Source: a virus. Taken from it: a stretch of DNA of 64,000 nt. Within the stretch, counting starts at the first letter, position 1. Each line of letters opens with the position of its first letter. Under the pieces are notes generated by a model. It saw only the letters and a list, made by a program, of their open reading frames with translations, did not search any database and had not been told where the DNA came from. Where the stretch lies: the IMG/VR virus record IMGVR_UViG_3300032288_003086, positions 60,087 through 124,086 of that record; one strand, written 5' to 3'. Shown here one piece after another: positions 1 through 11,100 of the stretch. Both the position numbers and the translations under genes were made by a program.

Positions 1-3000
1 ATCACCAACAACCAGATCATAGGTTCTGAAATATCCTTGGAGGTGAAGGACTTCATACTTCAAGGTATGGCTGCATTGTCTATCAAGAATCCTGACATGT
101 CTGCTTCTCAGTTGTTTGACTTGGCCAGGATGGAGGTGCTTAAGATGAAGGACATCAATACCTTGATATCCCAGTCTCCAGAACAAGAAGCTGAGATCTT
201 GGCTAAGTATGGCGAGGAGTTTGCCACTGCAAGATGGCTTTTAGGAGCCATGCTAGAGGGTGAGACCTTTACATATAGAAACTTGACCAATGCACAGGAG
301 TATGATAATCAAGCTACTACAAGTAAAAAGCAGAATGATATTGTCATAGCCAACCTTAAAAGATTGAAGTCTACAGTTATAGAGGAGTACAATAAGCTTG
401 AAGATCTTGAAGATGTAGCGGATGATGAGAATTTTGAAGAAGACTTCAACAAGCAAGATGAAGAGGTTGAAATCAAGGATTCATTCTATGAGGGCGCAGG
501 CTTTGTTGGTATAAAACCCAATGAGGGCAATGCTGCTTTCCGCAGGATGATTCGTTTGATTACTTATGAAGAGATAGATCCTGTCCTTGGCATCAAGGTG
601 CGCAGGATGGTAAACTCTGCTTTGATATTCAGTACCATTACCAAGATTGCCTCAACAGAGTCAAAGGGTAATGCCATTCAAGCCATAAGTGATAAGATAC
701 AAGAGCTGGACTCCCAGATCAAATACTTCAGGGAGAATGTACAAAGCAAACTGCCAAACCCTAATGTCATTCCAATAAGTTATGACAAGGCCATCAAGCT
801 CAGGGACAGTCTCAAGGCGGTATATGATACCATAGATAACATCGTAGGTCTCAATGAAGACTTCGAGGCAACTCGAAACGAGCATGTACTTAAGCAGTTC
901 TCCACTGTATTCTCAAAAACCAACATCAAGCTTATCCAAGCCGAGGTTACTACTGAGATAGAGTTCGACCAGAACAAAAAGCCAGTACCTGTTCCTACAC
1001 CTGAGTCTGCTGTGTCAGATATTGTCACGCTTTATGATATCAATAAGATAAGGAGTTCGCTGCGTGATTCCATATTGTCAATAGACATGACTAAGGATCA
1101 GGCAAAACCTCACTTGCAGAAGTTGCGTGAGCTGGCCAAGCTGCTTAATATAACCAAGCAGTCTGCCATTGACAACATGCTGGATACTTTCTTCACAGAT
1201 AGTGGTGTGATCAATGACCATGCTTTCAGGAACTTCATTGATGATGTATATATCACACTGTCAGCTTTCAATTTAGACATACCTTACTCGCTTCTGTATA
1301 ATGCAATAGGTCATACGGTCTATATGGCCATGGGTAAGAACCTGGCCATGTTTCCCCAGAACAGTGACTTCAGAAGGTCATTGAGTTTAAATAAGGATTT
1401 CTTTCAAGATTTCTCCAAGGTAAAACATGACTTCTGGTATCACAATCTTGTCAATGCGATCGAAGCTTCCGTGGAAGCATCCAATGAGTCCAAGATGCGC
1501 ATGAACAATGAGGCATTGACTACAGCATTGAAGAGGTTCACTACTCCGTATGTGGCTGCCTATGGTGAGTATATTATAAAGCATGACCCTACAATTGCTG
1601 GATCAAGCACTAAGAATGCCAATGGTGACACCATATACAAGTATGTGGATCCTAACAAGGAGATGATCATTCTTCAAAAGCTCAAATCTTTTGATAATAT
1701 TGAAGAAGGTCTTGCTGCAGTTCTTAATGATGGATTCGAGCATTTCTATGAGAACAATCCTATGTTGGACACCAATGATCCAGAAGTGCGCGCGTTCCTT
1801 CAGAACATGCGCATGGAAGTCTTTGCTGGATTCCAACAAAGATTCAACATGCCAGATGGGGGTGTCAAGATGGGTGACCCTAGGACATTCAAAGATATTG
1901 ATGATGCTGCCTTTTTGATGTCCATGCTCTCACTGTTTGTCAGTCAGGAAAGGATATATGTACCTGAGACCAAGAGTTACATCACATCATTCAAAAGGAT
2001 TCTTACAGTATATGAAGCCACTGGTACCAGTATGGTCACCAATGGTGTACTTAGAAGATATTTTGACAATGCATCTGGCAATGTACTTTCAGAAAATGGT
2101 CGTCCTAAATACCTATGGGATCTTGTCAATGTCCTCAAGCAGGAGTATGAATTGATTCGTACTAACTACGAGCAGGAAAGAACCAATGATGCAAACACCA
2201 AGAAGTACCTCAACTACAACATCAACTCTGCCATAGACGAGAAGACAGGGTTCCCCAAAGACAGGGGTTTCAGGTTCAATGTGCTTGCTGACTTTGCAGA
2301 TGCCAATCCTGATCTTGCCAAAGAGTTGATCATGGCTGCCAAGGAGGGATTGTCATTTGATGCCATCATGGCTTCCAAGTCTGAGAAAGTCCTGGTGGAT
2401 GACATGCTCAATAACCTGCACAAATATGCCCAGAATCAGTATGTGACATTCAGGGATAAGTTTCAAAGCCTGGGATTGGATGAGACACATATTCCATTGT
2501 ATGTGACAGATGTATTTGATGAAGAGGCTCAGGTATTCCAGAATGCAAATCCAACCACTGTTCTCAGGGAGTTCTTCTTCAATAACTGGATAAACTCTCT
2601 TTCATTGAACCAGATCTTTGATGGTCCAGTAGCGGTGGGTGTAAAGAACTTTGCCAACTTCTTCAAACGCCAGAAGGCTGGTGCTGCTGCTGGTCCTAGC
2701 TTATTCAATCCCCATGTGAACAAATATGGTGTGAGTAAGACATACAGGGCTGCTGTGATAAAAGAGATTGTCATGTATCTAGATGACTCTGATCTTACCA
2801 AGCCTGCGAGCTTCACTCCTTACTATGAGAAGGGTGACAAGCGCAATGTAGAAGTGAAGATGATTGATGGTCAGTCCTACAATACCATTGCTAGGATGGT
2901 CAATGTGGCTGACAGCAGGGGAAGGCTTGACAATGAATCTTACAGAATGCTTAAGCGCATGATGTATGAAACAGAAGACACTTCCCAGTATGCTAAGAAT

Positions 3001-6000
3001 GTACGCAAACTCAACAAGAGAGGTATTGTCTTCAACAGCTTGAAGACTGTGACTGCAGGTCGTATTGAATACGTCAAACAGTCAGAGCATACTATTATGA
3101 GAAAAGATGTCAGTACTCTCAAAGAGGGTGTTGACTATAATACTGCCATGCAAGAGCTGGATGTACTCTATGATCGCATCATGGATTATAGTTATATGCT
3201 GCAGGCTGGCAGGGATGAGATGGTGTTTGATCCTTCAAACAACAGGGAAAGGCTTGTATCTGAATTATACAAAGAAGCTGTGACCCAGGCTCATTCTTAT
3301 TTCGAGCCCATACCTCAACATGCATTCATGCATCACATGCTCAATTCCATGGAACTCCATAGGATTGACCAGATGTTTGATCCTAATGCAAGTAAGAAGA
3401 TGACCATCAATCCTGTGGAGGTTGACTTACAACCTTCTACTACAGGAATGACTTATTACAACCTTGATCAGGCAGTAATGGATCTACCTAATGAATTCAC
3501 ATTCATCCAGGTCTCTACTGAAAAGGATGCCAACATGGTTACCCAAGGTATCCAACAGAAGCTGTTGCTTGCTGCACAGATTGCCGCGGAGAATCCTGAG
3601 TATGCCTCTATCAAGGATGACATAAACACATACAACACAGGTCTTGCCCAGATGGTGAAGACCCAGTTGAAAGTGCTTCAAAGGATGTTCAACACCAAAG
3701 ACACAGAGGTGATAGGTAAGATCTATCAGGTCATCTCTGCAGGTCTTAAGCAGCAAGGTGCGGACAGTACCATACTCCAGTACTTTGAACTGAATCCAAA
3801 TGGTAGTCCCAAGTACAATCCAAATTTGATGGTTGTGCAGTCCACCATTGCCAACTACTTCTTTTCAATATTCAACAATAACCTGTTTGATAAAAAGATA
3901 GCAGGTAGGAAGTATTACCATGTCAGTTCCATGGGTTACAATGTAATCGAGATGGATGGTAAGGTGATAACTACTTCTGAGTATAAGCGTAACAAGTCTA
4001 AGTATGACAAAGCCATTGCTGCGGGTGAAGCCAAGGTAAGACCTTTGAGTTATACCAAGACCAAACTTGCTGATGGTACTTACAAGTATGAAGTGGAAGT
4101 GATCATTCCCAAAGAGCTTCAGTCTCTTGACCAAGAGTTCCTTGAGAAGTATATGAGTGAGTTCTTTGCTACTCGTATCCCTACTGAGGGTCAGCGTTCC
4201 ATGATTGTAGCCAAGGTGGTTGACTATATGGATGAGGCCTATGGTTCTGGTATCATTGTTCCTCCCCAAGCGCACATGCTTGCAGGATCTGACTTTGACA
4301 TTGATGCGCTATATGCCCACGTCAAGTCATCCTATAGGACTCCTGATGGAAAAAAGGTATTGTATGGAGACTATTCTCATTACATAGAGAAGTATGATAT
4401 GTCTGAGAAGGATGCCAAGTTTATGGAATACCTGGTGTATCTATCCAAGGATCCTGTAATGCAGCCACTTTTGCAGTCAGAACTTAGAAGGATTAACTAC
4501 GAAGCAGGTTATAAGCAAGAGCAGGCCAGGAACTTTGGAAGTCTCTTTGGCGGTAAGCTTGAAGAGTTCTTCTCAAAGAATGCATCCACTATGGAAAAGG
4601 GGGAAGTAGAGAGTGACTCAGAACAGGAATCCATAGATACCTTCAAGAGAGTTATTGCTGTATTCAATGTGCTGGAAGATTTGAAGAAATCCAATCTTCC
4701 ATCAGATCCTGACAGTCTTGAGAAAGAGACTAAGAAGAATGGTTCTCCTGTGATCCCACTTATTCAGAACAAAATCTTGCAAGCCAAGATGAATATCCTA
4801 TCCAATGAGGCTGTATATAAGAAGTTCATGGAAGAATCATCAAACAGGGCTGATGTGGCTGCGGATCCTTACAAGGCTGCAGTTTCAGAAAGAGGACTGA
4901 GTGAAACAGAAATATATAACAAACAAAATATATATACTCCTACAGCCATGGTTGTGGCTAGAGGTTTGAACTCTGAATCCAAAGATTCTTTGGGTATAGC
5001 GGCAAGCTTCAACAAGGGTGTGAGTATGCTGGCTACTGTGCAGGCAGAACTCAAAGGAAAAGTGGGGACTGTATATGAACCCAATGCCAAGGGTAATCCA
5101 GAGCAGAGTATTGTCACAGACAAAGTTGTTGATGAATCTGTGAAGATTGTGGGTGGTTATATCGGTGTTGCGGCGGATGCTGCTAATAATCCATATCCAG
5201 GTCCATTGCATTTGAACAGTCATACTGTTCCTGTAATGCTTGCCATGTTCACCGTAGGCATGCCACAGCGTATGGCAATCATGTTCCAGTCACTACCTAT
5301 AATCCAAAAGATAGTGGCTGAATATACTATGGAGTATGGCAGTGCCTATAAAAAGAATCCTTATTCCAAGGATATGCGATTTGATACATTCCTCAGGGAT
5401 ATGATTAATGAGCTTGAAGAACGCATAGGGATTGAGGAGTTATTGGATCAAGACATCATGTATTTGAGTAAGACTGGAGCCAACTTTGATAAGGATTCCT
5501 ACAAGCTTGTGTGGAATAACCAGATCAAAAAGGACGATCCTGAGTTTGGATCTAGCAAAGATCAGCCCTTGAACACTTTTGGATTTGAGCTTTACAACAA
5601 AAAGAACATTGCATTTACCAGGGACATCGAGGACTTCATCATTCTCAATGAGTTCAAAAACTATAGCAACTTGGCCTCGGAGATCAGCTTTAAGATCACC
5701 AAGCTTACAGATGCATTGAAGTCTATCAAGCCTGACATGGATACCTTCGACAGGTTGGTAAATACCTTTGATATAGTCAGGACTCGTCCTGAAGAATTGA
5801 TGTTGAGTAAAAAGTCAATCCAGGACTTGTTTCAGATGTATCCTGTATTGCGAGAGTCTTATGAAGCATTGAAGTACATGGACAACATGTCCAGCAAAGT
5901 GCTACTTGAGCGTACTAGTTTGATTAAAGGTATGTCTGCACTCATAGGTAATATCTATGGGTATGAAAGTTCAGAGATACGTAAGGACATCAAGGCTTTC

Positions 6001-8145
6001 ATTGGACTTCAATTGCAGCGTGCAATGGCACAACGCGAGCCTGAGTCATTCATGAATAAGATGTTCTTGGAGCAGGTGAATCCTGAGACATTCCTCAATG
6101 GGGATGTCATTGCTGACTATAACCAACTCAAGTCCAGGTATCCTGGTAACAAGTTCATCCAGGCTTTGAGGATTGTGGATATAGGTACTACCTCTAGACC
6201 TGTAAGGGTATTGGAAGCAATATCCAGCAAGCTCTCTCCTGAGATGCGTGAGATGGTATACTCTGACTTGCTCAAGTTATTGGGTGAGGGATATGCCACA
6301 GAAGAGATGGGTGTAAATGGAGAGGTGATGCGTGTACTGGATAAGGAGCGTGCATTCAGGATTGCATACCATGGCATGGTGAAATCAGGTGCTCAAAAGG
6401 TGCGTGGCGGATTCTTTGAATTAGTGCCTGCTGTGCTTTCCAAACCCATGAGCACTGCCTTGGATAGCTTCCAAAGGGATCTGGTAAAGATGGATAACTA
6501 CATCAAGAACAAGTATGATGTATTTGAGGATGTAGATGGAAATCTACGTGCAGAACCACAAGCAGAAGAAGAATATCTAAAGATGCTTACTGCTGCCATA
6601 TCCAAGAACTTTGGTCAGATGGGTATTGATGACATCATCCAGGATGCAGTTATAAAGATTGTGAGCATGAAGCTTGCAGATGGAACTATGACGCCATTCA
6701 AGCGGGTCACTTCTCTTAGAAAAATATCACAGCAACTAGATGAAACTGTGACTATGGAGGATATGGTTAAATTCTTCAACAAGATTGCTCCTGCAAATGC
6801 ACCTTCAATCATAGACAGTAAAGGTTTAAGGGTGTCTACTCTAGAGGCTCAGTACAAGGTTGCATCAGATGAGTATGAGTTATTCACTGGCGTTGACGGG
6901 GTACTTTTTCTTGATCTTGCAGATGTAACCCAGCCTTTTGAAACGAAGATGCTCAGGGCATATGGTATAACCCCTAACTACAAGGACAAGAACTACAGGT
7001 TCCCTTTATATAGGATCAACATATACGGTCAGCTGATGATGTTAAAACGCATCAATGGCAATCCTGTTGGTCAAAAGCTGATGGAAACCTTGTATCTTAC
7101 ACCATTCACCAATGTCCAGGAGTTACAACTTACAGGTGAAACTGCTGTATATGAAGTAGTTCCAGAACAAGGTGTAAGTAAGATATCTCCTTTGGCATTT
7201 ACTTCTCAGGAAGCGGCGGTGATCAAGAACATTGTCAATGGTATCCAGCAGATATCAGATACCAGGATGATGGAAGTACCAAGGTCTATGACAATTGTCA
7301 GGGAGCAGAACAGGATGTATGAGTTGAGAACCCAGAAGAATCCTTCAGGAGCCTACACTAACAAGACCATGTCTACCATCAACATGAGCATTGTAGAGAC
7401 CACTGGTAAGTTCTCAAGGTTCAAAATGGTTGGTGGGGAGTTGTTTCAGTATCTGAATAATGAGCCAGCTGCAAGAGGTGTGAAGCAAGAACAGATGGAT
7501 CTGTTTGCTCAAAGGGTTGGATTCAGCACCTGGGGTGAACTATCCAACAGCGAACGCTTCAAGGACTTTGTTAGTGGCAAAGAGAATTTGTTTCTTTACG
7601 AATTAAACAATGGGGATCCTACCTCTCCAACTGCTCAGCCATTGTCTTCAGCACCTACAACACCTCAAGTGACAGCACCTACCCAAGTTCCTGTAAGTGC
7701 TCAACCTGCTGTAACAGATATTAAAGCGGAAGATATAACCTTTAAGTCAAAGAAGTTAGAAACATTTGAAAGAGCTGAAGGATTGGACGCTGTAAAAGGA
7801 TATAGTCTAGTTATAAAAAATCAACCTAGTGTTGATCTATTTGTCTATAAGGACAAAGAGGGGTGGATTATCATAGATAACACATCTAAACTTAAACTAC
7901 CACTAAGAGGTACAGTTGATGGTAATAGTGCAAGAAAAGATGAAATAGTAGAGTTACTAAGTAATACTTTGAATTATTATGGAAAATTGGAAAGCAGTAG
8001 GAAGACATTAGAAAGTATTGGTTTTAACTTTACCCAAGCTCCTACCACTGAAAAAAGAGCTATGGACATTGTAAAGCTCAATCAGCAGGCACAGGATGTA
8101 CTTAAACAAAAAGAAGACGAATCAAGAAATTGTAACGGAGGATAA
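1..8145 (+). CDS. Giant virion-packaged RNA polymerase (crAss-like double-psi beta-barrel type), 5'-truncated by the window
   Basis: Frame is open from base 1; >2700 aa; RIP...LAGSDFDIDALY catalytic DxDxD-type motif at ~4291-4305, as in crAss-like/phi14:2 gp66 RNAPs. Confidence 0.88.
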   Translation: MTNNQIIGSEISLEVKDFILQGMAALSIKNPDMSASQLFDLARMEVLKMKDINTLISQSPEQEAEILAKYGEEFATARWLLGAMLEGETFTYRNLTNAQEYDNQATTSKKQNDIVIANLKRLKSTVIEEYNKLEDLEDVADDENFEEDFNKQDEEVEIKDSFYEGAGFVGIKPNEGNAAFRRMIRLITYEEIDPVLGIKVRRMVNSALIFSTITKIASTESKGNAIQAISDKIQELDSQIKYFRENVQSKLPNPNVIPISYDKAIKLRDSLKAVYDTIDNIVGLNEDFEATRNEHVLKQFSTVFSKTNIKLIQAEVTTEIEFDQNKKPVPVPTPESAVSDIVTLYDINKIRSSLRDSILSIDMTKDQAKPHLQKLRELAKLLNITKQSAIDNMLDTFFTDSGVINDHAFRNFIDDVYITLSAFNLDIPYSLLYNAIGHTVYMAMGKNLAMFPQNSDFRRSLSLNKDFFQDFSKVKHDFWYHNLVNAIEASVEASNESKMRMNNEALTTALKRFTTPYVAAYGEYIIKHDPTIAGSSTKNANGDTIYKYVDPNKEMIILQKLKSFDNIEEGLAAVLNDGFEHFYENNPMLDTNDPEVRAFLQNMRMEVFAGFQQRFNMPDGGVKMGDPRTFKDIDDAAFLMSMLSLFVSQERIYVPETKSYITSFKRILTVYEATGTSMVTNGVLRRYFDNASGNVLSENGRPKYLWDLVNVLKQEYELIRTNYEQERTNDANTKKYLNYNINSAIDEKTGFPKDRGFRFNVLADFADANPDLAKELIMAAKEGLSFDAIMASKSEKVLVDDMLNNLHKYAQNQYVTFRDKFQSLGLDETHIPLYVTDVFDEEAQVFQNANPTTVLREFFFNNWINSLSLNQIFDGPVAVGVKNFANFFKRQKAGAAAGPSLFNPHVNKYGVSKTYRAAVIKEIVMYLDDSDLTKPASFTPYYEKGDKRNVEVKMIDGQSYNTIARMVNVADSRGRLDNESYRMLKRMMYETEDTSQYAKNVRKLNKRGIVFNSLKTVTAGRIEYVKQSEHTIMRKDVSTLKEGVDYNTAMQELDVLYDRIMDYSYMLQAGRDEMVFDPSNNRERLVSELYKEAVTQAHSYFEPIPQHAFMHHMLNSMELHRIDQMFDPNASKKMTINPVEVDLQPSTTGMTYYNLDQAVMDLPNEFTFIQVSTEKDANMVTQGIQQKLLLAAQIAAENPEYASIKDDINTYNTGLAQMVKTQLKVLQRMFNTKDTEVIGKIYQVISAGLKQQGADSTILQYFELNPNGSPKYNPNLMVVQSTIANYFFSIFNNNLFDKKIAGRKYYHVSSMGYNVIEMDGKVITTSEYKRNKSKYDKAIAAGEAKVRPLSYTKTKLADGTYKYEVEVIIPKELQSLDQEFLEKYMSEFFATRIPTEGQRSMIVAKVVDYMDEAYGSGIIVPPQAHMLAGSDFDIDALYAHVKSSYRTPDGKKVLYGDYSHYIEKYDMSEKDAKFMEYLVYLSKDPVMQPLLQSELRRINYEAGYKQEQARNFGSLFGGKLEEFFSKNASTMEKGEVESDSEQESIDTFKRVIAVFNVLEDLKKSNLPSDPDSLEKETKKNGSPVIPLIQNKILQAKMNILSNEAVYKKFMEESSNRADVAADPYKAAVSERGLSETEIYNKQNIYTPTAMVVARGLNSESKDSLGIAASFNKGVSMLATVQAELKGKVGTVYEPNAKGNPEQSIVTDKVVDESVKIVGGYIGVAADAANNPYPGPLHLNSHTVPVMLAMFTVGMPQRMAIMFQSLPIIQKIVAEYTMEYGSAYKKNPYSKDMRFDTFLRDMINELEERIGIEELLDQDIMYLSKTGANFDKDSYKLVWNNQIKKDDPEFGSSKDQPLNTFGFELYNKKNIAFTRDIEDFIILNEFKNYSNLASEISFKITKLTDALKSIKPDMDTFDRLVNTFDIVRTRPEELMLSKKSIQDLFQMYPVLRESYEALKYMDNMSSKVLLERTSLIKGMSALIGNIYGYESSEIRKDIKAFIGLQLQRAMAQREPESFMNKMFLEQVNPETFLNGDVIADYNQLKSRYPGNKFIQALRIVDIGTTSRPVRVLEAISSKLSPEMREMVYSDLLKLLGEGYATEEMGVNGEVMRVLDKERAFRIAYHGMVKSGAQKVRGGFFELVPAVLSKPMSTALDSFQRDLVKMDNYIKNKYDVFEDVDGNLRAEPQAEEEYLKMLTAAISKNFGQMGIDDIIQDAVIKIVSMKLADGTMTPFKRVTSLRKISQQLDETVTMEDMVKFFNKIAPANAPSIIDSKGLRVSTLEAQYKVASDEYELFTGVDGVLFLDLADVTQPFETKMLRAYGITPNYKDKNYRFPLYRINIYGQLMMLKRINGNPVGQKLMETLYLTPFTNVQELQLTGETAVYEVVPEQGVSKISPLAFTSQEAAVIKNIVNGIQQISDTRMMEVPRSMTIVREQNRMYELRTQKNPSGAYTNKTMSTINMSIVETTGKFSRFKMVGGELFQYLNNEPAARGVKQEQMDLFAQRVGFSTWGELSNSERFKDFVSGKENLFLYELNNGDPTSPTAQPLSSAPTTPQVTAPTQVPVSAQPAVTDIKAEDITFKSKKLETFERAEGLDAVKGYSLVIKNQPSVDLFVYKDKEGWIIIDNTSKLKLPLRGTVDGNSARKDEIVELLSNTLNYYGKLESSRKTLESIGFNFTQAPTTEKRAMDIVKLNQQAQDVLKQKEDESRNCNGG

Positions 8146-8147
8146 TA

Positions 8148-11100
8148 ATGTCAAATTGTGCTATACTAAGAGATCCCGATTCTGGGAAAGTTGTTAATGT
8201 GTATGCTCCTAATGGTGAGCCCTCCATCCTATACCAGGATGCGCTTGTTGCATTTGGTCAAAATGCTGACAAAGCCATACTTGCCTGGGCTGCGGCATAT
8301 ACTCCTGAGTTCATGGGGTATTATGGAGACTGGATAAATGAACCTTCAAAGGTGTCTTTGGATGCCAATGGAGAACCTATATCCAGCATGGTATTCCTCA
8401 GTGTATATGATGTACTGAGGGATCCTAGATATAAGAGCATCGCCCGCAAAACAGGATACATTCCTTTCAGGGAAGCTGTCAGGATAAAGAACAGTCTTGA
8501 AAAAGCCATACCTGGATCCAGATACAAACTTGAAGAAAGCCGTGCTGAACCTGGCTATGCCAAAGTAACTGCATTGTCCAGCATCTTTTCATATGCTCCT
8601 AACTATACCAAGGAAGAGATACAAAGACAGAAGGAAAAGATCACTCCTATAATGGAGTATATGATCCGCAAGTTCCCTGGGGTTTCATATCAATGGATAT
8701 CTCCAAATCAACTTAAACAGACTGAGCACTATACTGACATACGAAGGATCAACTCCTTTGTAAAAGACAATGTGATATATCTGGTTGAGGGAAGGGTTAC
8801 TCCCCAGATTGCACTGGAAGAGATAAGCCACGTGTTTGTGGAGTTCCTCAGACAAGATCGCCCTGCTCTGTTCAAAGGTCTTTTTGAATCCCTTAAGAAT
8901 GATCCTAAGTATGCAGCTGAGTATGTTGCCATATTTGAAGGACTGAGAGCTGAGAATAAATTATTCATGAATGATCTAAAGGTCGTTGCTCAAAGTGAAT
9001 TCATTGCCAGGAATCTTGCCACTGCGTTGAAGGCTGAGTTGGAAATGAATCCAGAAGGAAGACCTTTATCTCCTTTGGGTAAGCTCTTCAAAAGGTTTTT
9101 TGATTGGTTGGCCAATGCCCTTGGTATGCCTAGGATAGACCCCAAGATGACTTTGCAGGACATAGCTGCACATCTTAATAGCAAGTACACAGAAATGGAG
9201 CTTCCTACTGAGCCATATCTGTATTACAATGCTGATCCCAATGCCAACTTCGATCCTGAAGACAGGGATGCTGCAGAAGAACTGAATCCCATAGGTGAGA
9301 CACAAAGAAAAAAGAAGACTGCTCAAGAGCTCAATCTACAAAGAGCTAAGGAGAATGTAGAGAAGTTGAATAAGATGAAGGCTTTTGTTTTGCGAACTAA
9401 GCCCAACAACAAGCAGCGTGAGAATCAAATTGCTGTCATAGATATATTGATTGACAATGCCAACTACCAAGTCACTGAACTTGAAGCTGGGCGTGCTACA
9501 GTCAGTATCACCAAGTACAAGGGGTCAGAGGACACTGAATCCTTGGATAACAAAACAGCAGAGATGGGTGCCAACTTTGGTACATTCTTCCATACGCTGA
9601 TTGAAGACTTACAGGATAGCTACATGGAGAATGGTATTAATCCTACCAAGCTCTATACTCAAGAATGGTTTGATGCATTCTATGAGAAACATAAGAAGAT
9701 GATCCAGTTCAAGGATGTTGACAAACAACTGCTGTTTGATGCAGGGTTAGAGATATCACAAGCTTTGTCTTCTGAGTTCTTACGTGGTAAGATCCTATTG
9801 CCAGAGATATCAGTGGCTGTTGAAGATGCCCAAGGTACTTTGATACTGGGTAGGTTGGATCTTATGGCACTGGATGAATTAGGTAGGGTTTCTGTAATGG
9901 ACTTGAAAACATCAAAGTCAGCACACTCTTTGGTCAACTTGAATGGTGGTCCAATGTTCCCAATGATAGACCTCAGTGTAAGTTACACTAATAAGAATGG
10001 ATGGAAAGACGGGGTTTCAGAGTTCTTTGCAGATATCCTCAATAGAACAAAGATGAACACCTACCACATGCAGCTTGCACTGTATGGAGAGATGTTGAAA
10101 AAGCTGGGTATAGTAGTGTCTTCAAGAAATGTCCTTGCATTAGCTTATAGGGTTCAAGGGAAAGAAGCTGATCAACAGACTGTAGTCCAGACAGCATTTC
10201 ATGTATTTGATGATAGCAGTTTCTACACTTTTGCTTTCAATGGTCAAAAAGCATCAGATGAAGGACGAATCATAGACACTGCTGCTAGACTGGCATTCAA
10301 TGGACGTGAAGAAGAGATAGATGAAGATGCGGCTGCTGAGACAGACCCAGGTCCTTTTGCAAGGATGAGTAAGGATGTCCAGGAAGACTTGATCAACAGA
10401 CTCATCAAACTCGCAACTGATCAGCTGGCAACTATTGAGAAAGAGCGTTCTGAAATTGAAAAGAATGACTTGATTGACAAGGACGAGAAGAACAACCTGA
10501 TAAAGATCCTTACCAAGAGGAAGGCTGGTCTTGTGGACATGTCAGAAAAACTGAAGCTTGCAATCTCCAATCCTGCATCCAGCGAAAGCCTTGCAGCTTC
10601 AAGGGCTGTGATAATAAAAGCGGCGTTGGATGTATTCTCCAATGAGATATCCACCATCTCTAGAAAGATAAATGAAGACATTGACATACCTGCCACATAT
10701 AAACTAGGCAGTGATGAGAACAGGACTGCTATTGCAACATTGCAGTCATATCTCACATCCATGGATAACATGGCTGATTACCTGCAAGGATTCAAGAATA
10801 CGATACTTGCAACCACCCTTGATCCAGATTCACAAAAGGATGAGGCACTGAAGAAGGATCTGATCCGATACTTCGACGACAAGCTTTTCACAATAGACGC
10901 CCAAAACCAGAAGATGGTCAACATAGGTAAGAGTATTACCAAAGCCATTATCATGGAGACTATTGGGACTAAGAACTTTGAGAAGGTGTTTGGGGAAGTC
11001 AAGAAGGTGCTGGCACCAAGACTTGCTTGGTTGGACAGGACTATTGAGAAGATAAAGAAAGGAGAAGCTCCTGCTGATACCATGGGTCTGAAGGCAAGGC

